Shown: positions 39,601 to 50,722 of the stretch, piece by piece
How positions within the stretch are numbered: position 1 is the stretch's first letter
How the letters are laid out: every line of letters begins with the position of its first letter
NCBI GenBank assembly: GCA_002269645.1
Contig: NIVC01002773.1
Coordinates: forward strand, 51,760 to 115,759
Direction: 5' to 3'
DNA length: 64,000 bases
Source of the DNA: Macrostomum lignano
Taxonomy: Eukaryota
Program-made: the position numbers and the translations under genes
The notes under the pieces: generated by a model
The model's input: only the letters and a program-made list of their open reading frames with translations
The model's database searches: none
Told to the model about the DNA's origin: nothing

Positions 39601-40627
39601 CACCTGACATACTTAAACACACCTGACTTACCCAAGCACACCTGACATACGTAAACACAGCTGACATACGCAAGCACACCTGACATACTTAAACACACCT
39701 GACATACGTAAACACACCTGACATACGTAAACACACCTGACATACTTAAACACACCTGACATACCCAAGCACACCTGACATACGTAAACACACCTGACAT
39801 ACTTAAACACACCTGACATACTTAAACACACCTGACATACCCAAGCACACCTGACATACGTAAACACACCTGACATACTTAAACACACCTGACATACCCA
39901 AGCACACCTGACATACCCAAGCACACCTGACATACCCAAGCACACCTGACATACCCAAGCACACCTGACATACGTAAACACACCTGACATACCTAAGCAC
40001 ACCTGACATACGTAAACACACCTGACATACCCAAGCACACCTGACATACGTAAACACACCTGACATACCCAAGCACACCTGACATACCCAAGCACACCTG
40101 ACATACCCAAGCACACCTGACATACCCAAGCACACCTGACATACCCAAGCACACCTGACATACCCAAGCACACCTGACATACCCAAGCACACCTGACATA
40201 CCCAAGCACACCTGACAGACCATCTCAAAGTTGCTGTTTCAGCTTCCCAAAACCGCGATCCCTCAGACGGCCGACCAGTCACACTGGCAAGAACTATTGC
40301 GTCAGACCGCTGAACGGCCCAGCCTGCGACTGCTGCGACGGCATCTGCGGCCCCAACAACGGCTGCAACTGCTGCGACTGCATGCGCGCCGACCTGGCGA
40401 CCTTCGGCCTGCGACCCGGCGAGCACGCGCTCATCAACCGCGAAGGCGTCATCGCTCGGGTCGGCCAAGAGACCGGCCGGTTCTACTGCGGCCGGCCCAA
40501 CATGGCGCACGACCCCGCCACTGACGGCTTCTGCGGCCCCAACAACGGCAACAACTGCCACGCCTGCCACCAGCTGGACAGGCAGGCCCAGGGCCGCTAC
40601 GCCGACATTGTCAGGGAGTGGGCTTGA
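36646..40627 (+). CDS. RING finger + TRAF/SIAH-type zinc finger + two CGPxNG cysteine-rich repeats; putative E3 ligase, 321 aa
   Basis: Exons 36646-36658, 37383-37573, 37985-38361 and 40243-40627 total 966 nt, and all phases match. RING: CHKC...CCHVLLCQAC...CPDC. Zinc finger: CRHC...HRRLC...CPAPGC...HLTERH. C-terminus: GKNYC...CDGICGPNNGCNCCDC and GRFYCGR...DGFCGPNNGNNCHAC. Confidence 0.8.
37730..37945. repeat. Intronic minisatellite (cccctagcaaccaagaaatgtacagc-like)
   Basis: Direct reading. Confidence 0.85.
38370..38700. repeat. Intronic purine-rich minisatellite (gagatgagtgagatgggt-like)
   Basis: Direct reading. Confidence 0.9.
39155..40217. repeat. 19-bp minisatellite (acacctgacatacccaagc)n, ~55 copies
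   Basis: Direct reading; variant units ...cgtaaac and ...cttaaac. Confidence 0.97.
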
Positions 40628-40734
40628 GGGACTGGAACACCCACTGAGCACACTAAACTCGACTGACTGCTTCTGATTGATTCTCTTATTGATTGATTTA
40701 TAGGCTCCATTCAGACTTCACGTCTCTAATCCTC

Positions 40735-40960
40735 TCCCTATCATCTCCCCATCATCTCCCCATCACCTCCCCATCACCTCTCCATCACATCCCTATCATC
40801 TCTCCATCACCCCATAACCTCTCCATCACCTCCTCATCACCTCCCCATCACTTCCCCATCACTTCCCCACGCTCTCTCCATCAGCTCCCATATTCTCCCA
40901 TCATCTACTCATCATCTTCCATCATCTGATCATTGTCTCCCCATTATCTCCCCACCCTCT
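40735..40960. repeat. ~11-bp degenerate repeat (catcacctccc)n
   Basis: Direct reading. Confidence 0.8.
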
Positions 40961-41385
40961 CCCAGTCTTCTCCTCAGCATCATATTGCCACAGCCACGAA
41001 TCCTTTCTTACTACCTCGCATATTTCAGTCGCTCTCCTTTACCTACCAATTTTGATTCGCTGCTGTCTGGGTAGCAGTTTGAATTTCTCTGTGAAATACT
41101 TGATCACTCAACTTTTGTAACTGAATTCTTTAAATACAATTTTATAAATTTATTCTAAACCCTATCAGGTACTGGCGTCAATAAATTGTTAATCAGCTCA
41201 TTTCTATGAAAGAGTTTTTTTAATTAAGAAACCTGTATAAGGTCAAATAGGGTCAGACCATGGATTTGTGTATTTGTAGATCTATGCTGATGTGATACGG
41301 ATGTTCTGCAGATCTTCTCGACTCAAGCTCGACTCAGCCAGCCGTGTGACAGGTAGAAATTATCTCTTAGCTTAGCTCAGCAAAG

Positions 41386-41421
<36 letters not shown>

Positions 41422-42944
41422 GAGATAGACTCTCGATCGGCCTTTTCTTATATATAAATATTGGGGGCCGTTTGTCTTCCGCCACGGCTCCATCCGGCAG
41501 CAGACTTGGGCCTGCCTGTTGGTCTGCGTGGTGCCAAGATAATGAGAGCTGCCACCAGCCAGGAGTTGAATGGCTTGGGTATACTGGGCATTGGCAGTGT
41601 GGAGAGGGGGGGGGCGCTTGAGGGCCCCAAATTCAATTTCCTGAGCCAGGGGAGCAGCGGCAGGCGATTCAGTATTCATTTATAAGCCGCTTTGGAGGCC
41701 TCTTGAACTGGCGATCAATGCCCGCGCTTATTCAATTCAATCCGCCAGATATTGTTGAATAGCCCTGTCAGGCCTTTCGTTTACCTGAGCTGTTGCCATA
41801 GTAACTCCAATTATAATTCCTTGGGCTCGGCCTTGCAGTCGTTGGCGTCAGTCTGGGTCCGTTTATGGCGGCGCGGCTCAATCGACCCGAGAGTATCGGC
41901 TGCTGTCGGCTTCTTTGTTGATCTGACTGACGTCTGCCGCCTCTTTGGCTAGTTCTGTCCTCTTTCGAAGTTTGAGAGGCTTGATGTCGACTTTACTCTG
42001 CTTTTCAGCTCCAATTTCTTGACGTCTTTTTTATCGGGGAGGAGAGCTCAACTTTGAGTTCTAACCTCTGGAAGTTTTTCGTTTTTTAGTTTGAAAATTC
42101 TTAACGGCTAATTCGGGTAAAAATGGGTGATCGCGGGAGGGCTGCGGCTACCCTGTCCATTCCGCTGCCTGCTGAGCACATGCACTCAGAAACATTGAAA
42201 AGTCGCCACTCTGCGCCAGTGAGCAATTTCTCTTTGACTTTTCTGAACTAAAAGATACGAGAAAACTGATCGGGGTAGCTTTTATCAGTTCAACCCTGGA
42301 ACACCGCACCCCGCCCAAATTCATTCCTCAACCCAAGTAGCCAAGTTGCGTCACTTGCAAAGATTGAGAGACTTTACCTGCACTCTCAATAGTGGCGACC
42401 ACAGACGGAATCTGCTGTGATGGCGACTTTTCGATGTTGCTGAGTGTATGTAGCAGGCCTCATACACACTCTCGCAGAGTGTACAGCGGTGCTGACTTTC
42501 TAATCGTCTGGCATGTACAGTCTCTGTGCCTTGGGGGAATACTAGGAAAACATTTTGCACACCTCCCGCGGTTCGTCATTCTGAGGCTCAGAAGAGTATG
42601 CTCATAAAAGGCAACTTTGAGAATTCATAAATACATGCTTTGGAATCAGCTGCATTAATTTAAATTGTGGATGTCTGCACTTCTGAATCATTCATGGCCG
42701 CTCCATCGCTGGCCTGAGCGGCGCTTCCAATAAAAATTCAATGGCCATTTGACACCATTGAGAAGCCGAGAGGCTGCGGCCTGCCTCATTGGTCGATCGG
42801 GCTGCGGACCCGTTCTTACTAAAATGGGAGTCAGCCGACTTGAGTTCATCGCTTTCCCAGCCCATCCCAGATAATAGCTGAGCAATCCACCCATCGGGAG
42901 CTTTTGTGGCAACATAACTTTAGCTATCATAGCACCCGTGTAGG

Positions 42945-42950
42945 TATAAA
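42945..42950 (+). promoter_or_regulatory. TATA box candidate for neuropeptide gene 1
   Basis: TATAAA lies 36 nt upstream of the ATG at 42986. Confidence 0.4.
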
Positions 42951-42985
42951 TCGAATTCCAAGTGTCTATTTATTTGTTTCGGACA

Positions 42986-43434
42986 ATGCATCGCCCAGAT
43001 CTACTGCTCTTCACTGTGACTGTTGTCGGTAAGTTGATCATCTTCATCCATGCAGTCTTGCCGCTAGAATTTGTGTCCGCACTAAGCAGAGTCTGAATTC
43101 TTCGCCTCAATCAGCCATCTGCCTCATCGGGGGCGGCGGTTGCTCCAGGTGGCATTCGGACGACGAGGACTCGAACCACGGAGCTCAGAATCCGGCGACC
43201 GGCTCTGAACGAGTTCGCCAGACGACTCTGCCGCGCATTGGGCGCGAGCCGCTCACCGCTGATGAAGTGGAGATGCTGGACGGGCTGGACAAGCGGGCGA
43301 TGCGGCTGATGCGCCTCGGCCGCAAGCGGAACGCCTGGGCTGGCGAGGCCGACAAGCGGGCGATGAAGCTCCTGCGGCTTGGCAAGAAGTCCAGCGGCGG
43401 CTTCTACCGGCCCAGCTTCCGCTACGGGAAATAA
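42986..43434 (+). CDS. Myomodulin-like neuropeptide precursor 1 (120 aa)
   Basis: Exons 42986-43028 and 43115-43434: MHRPDLLLFTVTVVAICLIGGGGCS (signal peptide)...QTTLPRIG-R...KR-AMRLMRLG-RKR...KR-AMKLLRLG-KK-SSGGFYRPSFRYG-K*. Dibasic cleavage sites and amidating Gly are present. Confidence 0.9.
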
Positions 43435-44523
43435 GCGGCGTTTTTTCCTTGAACTCCCGGCACAGTTGGGCAACCCTTGAATGGCTAAATGACTAGCTGC
43501 AGTCACTCCCCATCCCGCTGTCCCGCAGGCTGATTAAGAGCTACCTAAAACCGTAAAAATACACAAACAGGCGGCGCGCAGACGGATTTCTTCTACAGCT
43601 TGAGACCTGCGCATCGCCCAATGTTTAACCAGCAGGCGGAGTTTTATTCATTGGGTTTCAATGTTTAAATCAATTGTACTTTTCGGGAAGCTGCCTATGC
43701 TGACAGGAATGAATAAAATGTTGCAGGTTAATTTAATTCAACGCTTCTACACATTTACTACGGGCTTGTAGTAAATTCGGGCAGAAGTTTCCAGGTCATT
43801 AGAGTTTCCTAGAAAGCAAACTTCTGATTGCCATTACGCGGAATGACTAATGAGTGTATTGCCATAGCTAAGTGCTCGTAAAGAGCTTAGATTCTATACA
43901 TACAGTATGTACATTTGTATATATATAGACATCAATATTCAGCAACATTTAAAACTGCCACCCCAGAGCATTGGCATAGAGCGACTGACTTCAGCTCACG
44001 GCACTGCAAATGACGCGAAATTTTTTAAACTCTCGTTTGTTCAGGCGCACCAGATCTGGGGTGGTAGCTTTTAATGTTGCTGAGCATAAATGCATATATT
44101 TTCCTTAGTTGCAGCAGTGGCTGCTGGGATGCATTTTTATAACATCTGAGAAAACAGTAAAAAACGCTCAGGTCACCAGCTTTCAGAGTCTGCGGCTGTA
44201 ATACTGTTGCTGCACAAGTCACTGGCAAGATGTACCTGGTACTCATATGTGCAGTCAGCAACATTGATTACGATGGTGGTGATTGCGTGTTGTATGCGTA
44301 AGTTTGAGTTGTGCAACTTGCAAGGAAGGTTGGAGAGAAGTTGATTACTAGCGCACAAGGACCACTAGGAACTCTTCGTTGCGTCCTCCTACGAGTAATC
44401 TAGTAGTCCTTGCTGGCGCAAAGGGTGGCGACTTTTCAATGCTGCTGAGTATATGGGAACTTCTAAAACTTCGGTCACTGGAGCCTGCCATTTGACTTGC
44501 CTGCCATTTGACTTGCCTGCCAT

Positions 44524-44636
44524 TTAGCACCAGGGGCTTTAGCACCAGGGGCTTTAGCACCAGGGGCGCCAGCACCAGGGGCTTTAGCACCAGGGGCGCC
44601 AGCACCAGGGGCGTCAGCACCAGGGGCGCCAGCCAT
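44524..44636. repeat. 15-bp tandem repeat (agcaccaggggcttt/cgcc)n
   Basis: Direct reading. Confidence 0.9.
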
Positions 44637-44886
44637 AGTCGAATGGCCACTTTGAAATCAAATATTCTCCATGTACTGAACAATGACCACGCACAATAGT
44701 CCCTGTCGAACTGCCCTCCCTGTCAAACCTTACTTTTTGCACTCGTGACGGAGATCGGCCAACGGTGCAGAATCTCCTAGGGGACAACAGAATCTGGTTT
44801 AGGATCTCCAGATAGGGAGACCTGACCATGCCACGGAGATCCCACAACGGTTACGGATCTCCTATCGCGGAGACCCATAACCGCTT

Positions 44887-45072
44887 GTAAGTCTCCGAAG
44901 GAGATCTTACACCCTTTAAGGTCTCCGGTCGGAGATCCCAGCCCGTTTGTAAGTCTCCGAAGGAGATCTTACACCCTTTAAGGTCTCCGGTCGGAGATCC
45001 CAGCCCGTTTGTAAGTCTCCGAAGGAGATCTTACACCCTTTAAGGTCTCCGGTCGGAGATCCCAGCCCGTTT
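44887..45072. repeat. 62-bp tandem repeat x3 with internal TCTCC-n-GGAGA hairpins
   Basis: Units start at 44887, 44949 and 45011. Confidence 0.9.
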
Positions 45073-45734
45073 GCAGTCTCCGGATCGGCGACCCAAAACA
45101 GGCCGGAGCCCTGGAGATTCTAAACCGTAACACCGGGGGCGCCAGCAAATCTAAGTCTCCAATACGGACTTCATATGTCTTTCAAAGCAATACAAAGCAC
45201 AAACTTAGTCAAATTAAAAAAATACGCGCCCTACTACGAGCGTATTTTTAAAGAAGGAGCAAATATACTCTCTTCTGAATGTCTTGCAAATCGTGATCGC
45301 CAATTCCAGTCGCATTGCCTCCTCGACCAAGACGCCATCAATGCATCATCGAAATTCGAATTACCGAACAGTGTCAAACGGTCTGCTGGTTGCAATAAAA
45401 ATAATTATTCTGCAGCTTGCCGGCCGAGGTGAAAGATGCGCCGATTGCATTCGCATCCGGTGGCACGCAAACGAGTCGTTGCCATGTAAAATGGAAGCAT
45501 TCGATCATGGCAAGGGACGCCGCGGTGCAGGAAAACGGCTTTGCATGGTAATTGACAATTACTCAAGACTTCATTCTGGTCCCGGCCATCACCTGACCGC
45601 CCACCTGTCCGCTTCGGATTGGCGGTCTGCAGATTCGCCCGCTTGGCTACAAAAGCGGCTCGGCAGGGCCGCGCTGAGTCGCCGATCGGGGGCCTGTCTG
45701 CAATCGGCAATATCGGCAGCGACTTCAAGCCACC

Positions 45735-46220
45735 ATGCAACGGATCGACATAGTGCTCTGCGTGCTGGCTTTTGCCGGTGAGTCCCGGGTTCGATTCCTA
45801 CTGCTATCGCATATCAATTAGAAAACTAACAAATTCCCCTCAGCCATCGGTCTAATCGGGGAGGGTGGCTGCTCCAGAGGCTGGGAACCAGACGATGAAG
45901 AATCGAACCGCGGACTCTACAACCTGATGATGCCTGCAGTGAGGCGATCAGTTCGCCGGGACTTGCTGACCCATGAAGGGGAAAATTTCGTTTACGGACT
46001 GAACAAGCGGGCCATGCGGCTCATGCGGATCGGCAGGCGCAGCTGGGACGGCTGGAACGAGGAGGCCGACAAGCGGGCCATGCGGCTCATGCGGATCGGC
46101 AGGCGCAGCTGGGACGGCTGGAACGAGGAGGCCGACAAGCGGGCCATGCGGCTCATGCGGATCGGCAGGCGTGCGTCCGACGGGTTCTACAGGCCGTCGA
46201 TTCGCTACGGTAGAAAGTGA
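45735..46220 (+). CDS. Myomodulin-like neuropeptide precursor 2 (139 aa)
   Basis: Exons 45735-45777 and 45844-46220, with the same 43-nt first exon and phase-1 intron as copy 1. Encodes three KR-AMRLMRIG-RR units and a C-terminal ASDGFYRPSIRYG-RK*. Confidence 0.9.
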
Positions 46221-47580
46221 GGAGCGGCGCATCGAACAGTTTGTAGCTGGCTCTGCTTAGATGGCTGGTTGAAGCTCGACTCCCAGGCTGCTGAATGAGT
46301 CAACAGGGCCGAATGGCTTTCGAATAGAAATATACATCGCCGCAAATTACTTTTCGATTGCTTGTGCTTTTTGTGCAAACAAAACCATCGATTTGCAACT
46401 TATTTATCGATTTTGACGGTTTTGACAAGCAAAGAATAATAATAATTTAATTGATTACACCTGCCTGGATGGGCAGATGTGCAACCGACAGCTCAGCCGC
46501 AGCTATCGCGCAGCGCATCTGAAGGCTGTTCAGTCCAAGGATTGGGAGGGGGTCGCTAAACACAGCCTCAATTACCCCAGCTAATGCTGGCACTCATTTT
46601 ACAGCTGGATGAACTGAAGCAATGTAGAGTAGCGTCTTGCTAGGCTACAACCCCGCTAGGCTACAACACTTGGTAAAACATGCCTTCACGGAGCTGCTGT
46701 GTGCGAAGCTTTGAGCAATAAGATTACTGGGGCGGAGAAGTTTCACTCCAAATTTTATGCGCCGAAACTACTGGTACTACTAAAGTAGACGGCTTTGCAA
46801 ATTAATGCTTGAATGTGACATAACGGGTGTCCCAATAAGCAAAAGTTCATTGGTTCCTATTCATTGGTCTCTAGCAGAAATGAGATGAGCACGCAGACAG
46901 ATGAAGGCAACATCTTCCGGACCCGATTGCACGGATTAAAAGCAACTTCTGCCTAGAGGCTAAATCTCCTTTACCAGGTCTATGCGGTTTTCGGTAGATA
47001 AAATTTACAGAATTTTCTTTTCAGTATGCAGCGCAGCCATGCAGAGATCAGCCGGCAGTGCCTAACAGGGGGTTAAAACGGTTACTTTATTGAGATGACG
47101 GTTACATTTGTCATCAGTTTCACTTTCTTGTCGCCTTTATTGCAGTCACGCCAATCAGAACGAACGAGGATCTCGCTCTCTTTCGAATTTTAATATCAGT
47201 GCACCTGGCCTGTGTGCCCGCATGGTTACAGGGAGAGATATTGATTCATTAGTTTTGCATGAGCTCAGTCGAAGTAATTAACGGTCATGCGGGTTGCTAC
47301 AGTTTTACTATGAGAACTCCATAGAACATGGCGAGAAGGGCAGAACCTATGCAAAAAGTCGTGTGCCAGGTTTGTGACTTTCATTGCAGTCACCTAGCAA
47401 CTCATTTTTATTACTCGCATACATGCAACAATCTTAGTTTCTTTTGCAAAGAAAACAAATTCTTTGTTTCATCAGAAGAATGGGGTTTACGATAGAGCTG
47501 TGGAAAGCTTAATAAAGCTAAGGTGCATGGCGTTATTTGGCTTTTGTCTGTCTAGGGAGTGAAAAGCTTTTGACCTAATA

Positions 47581-47775
47581 CAGGGGTTATCAGCTTATCT
47601 ACATCATGGCTGGAGAGAGTAGACAGAAGAGAAAAGATGAGATGAGATCAAAGATGAGAGGAGAGAGGAGAGGGTAGAGCTGAGAAGACACAAACATGAG
47701 CGGGCCGCATTGCCGTTGTGAAGTTTCAAAGGACCCGAGGGCCGGATAGAGAGGCTTCGCGGGCCGACCCGTGAA
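47581..47775 (-). mobile_element. Short relative of the 19550-20851 hAT element, inverted, one end unclear
   Basis: The reverse complement contains aagcctctctatccggccctcgggtcctttgaaa, matching 19596-19630. caggggtt end at 47581; only a short degenerate CTCT-rich core. Confidence 0.6.
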
Positions 47776-48467
47776 CTAATCACATATACTGGAACAGTTC
47801 CCTTTCTCATTGAACTCAAACCTTATCCAGCCTTTTATTATCTAAGGTTAATTTTCTAACAATCATACTAAAACTCAGCCGAAATTTGCAGAGGTCGCGT
47901 GACTGAGCAGCCATCCCAGAGTATGACCATTAATCCATGCCGCTGAAGTCGCAGCCTACTAAAAATTTAATGATTCTCAAAATTGAAAAACTTAATTTGC
48001 AGTATTATTGCAGTTAATTAGCTAAATTGAATTCAGGTGAGAAGATTGAGCAAATCTCGGGGGTGCATGAATAAAGCGTTGTCATGTTTTTTGCTCAAGT
48101 TTTCAATTTGCTTCATTGACGAGCGCCTTAGAATAACTTTTTGCTTTGATGGGGCCGCTGAAACTTGACTGCGAGAATGAGCTGGTCTTGAGCTGTAGCC
48201 ATTGAAGAAATACCAATATTTCCTGTCCACTTGAAGATCGCGCGAATTCGCATGTGTTCAGTGTTTGCCAAAGAGATTTTTCAGTATTTTTCTACAATAT
48301 AAATTCAGAATGTCTTACCTTCCGAGAACTTCAGCATGCCTTCTGACCGAATTTTCGCAAGCTGAGGGAATTACTAAGTCAGTTTCAGTGAAAGGGATCT
48401 GAAACTGACGGGCTGTTTACTGATCGGGAAGTAGGAGAAACAGGGTGGATGAAGGAAGGCAGGCAAG

Positions 48468-49487
<1,020 letters not shown>

Positions 49488-49920
49488 CTCTTACGACTGT
49501 CTGTGTGTTTAGCGGGACCTGAGTTATGTTAATGCGTTACGTGGACCACGCAATTCCGGTTAAAAAATAGAGTCTGTTTTGACAACGCGAAAGGCTAGCT
49601 AGGGTTATCTTTTTGTTAACTTGACGGAATAGCCAGTTCGTGGAAACTGTGGCGGTTCACTAACTACGTTTTGGGGACCGGGTTAGGTGGACCGCAAAAA
49701 AACAGTTGGTTTAGTTAGACCTCTTTCTTTGTAGAAAATTTATGAGTTTCAAACTGTTATTTTGGGCTAATTAAAACAGAAATTCTCAAGAAACAGAAGA
49801 TAAAAAAGGTTTACGATTCCATTTTATTAAAAAAACCCTGGTTCAAACGAATTTATTTAGCTTTACTAAACTATGGGTTAAACTGCATTAGTTACGAAAG
49901 AAAAACAACGCACACTCAGG

Positions 49921-50330
49921 GATACAAGAAGTTGAAGCATTTTTAAAACGGCAACAGTTATTAAAATGGAAATTGTATCAAACAGATATAAGAAATTGAA
50001 GCATTTTGAAAATAAATACCGAATCATTTCGCTTGCCTTAACGCAAAAGATTTAAACCTAATTAAACTAACTGCAAAGTCATTGAAACTAATTTAAGTCC
50101 GGAAGTACATTCTTAAACTACACGTTTAACAAACTTAGGATTGCATTAGTTAAAAAAGTCATAGGGAGTACAAGAAGTTGAAGCATTTTTAAAAGGGCAA
50201 CAGTTATTAAAATGGAAATTGTATAAAACAGATACAAGAAATTGAAGCATTTTTAAAACGGCGACAGTTATTAAAATGGAAATTGTATCAAACAGATACA
50301 AGAAATTGAAGCATTTTTAAAACGGCGACT
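49921..50330. repeat. 64-bp dispersed/tandem repeat downstream of the recombinase
   Basis: gatacaagaa(g/a)ttgaagcatttttaaaacggc(a/g)acagttattaaaatggaaattgtatcaaaca, about 3 full and 2 partial copies. Confidence 0.85.
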
Positions 50331-50722
50331 CGCATTCCCCCCCCCCCTACACGTTTTTTGCACCCCCAGCTTAAAAATTGGCGCCCCTCATACTCAGTTT
50401 GGCGTCCCAAACTTGGACCGCCCCCAAAAGCCATCGCTATGCTATCGATAGTGAACAGGTATTTCTTGTCAGCTAAACTAATAGATGCTTTTTAATCTTA
50501 GTGTTAGCAATCATAAAGCGTTTAGTCACAAAATGCCGCGTTTTTTCATTTCATTGAAAAACTTCGTTTTTATTTTATGGATCGATCGTGACTGGAGTGC
50601 AGGTTCGCGTGCTTTTAGCTCTCCAAGGGCTGCAAAACCAGGTACTTTGCCGTCTTCGATCTTTTCTATCGCGCGGTTAATTGCCTCATTTTCGTCTTTG
50701 TTCCACGCAATGTGCTCCTGAA

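Noticed and set aside
39103-40209. Cys/Val-rich ORFs (CQVCLGMSGV...)
   Set aside because: Translations of the 19-bp intronic minisatellite.
39803-40651. 282-aa minus-strand ORF
   Set aside because: Antisense shadow of GC-rich exon 4 of the RING gene running into the minisatellite.
43111-43506. Minus-strand ORFs over the neuropeptide genes (also 45948-46232)
   Set aside because: Antisense shadows; the plus-strand precursors have signal peptides, splice sites and cleavage motifs.
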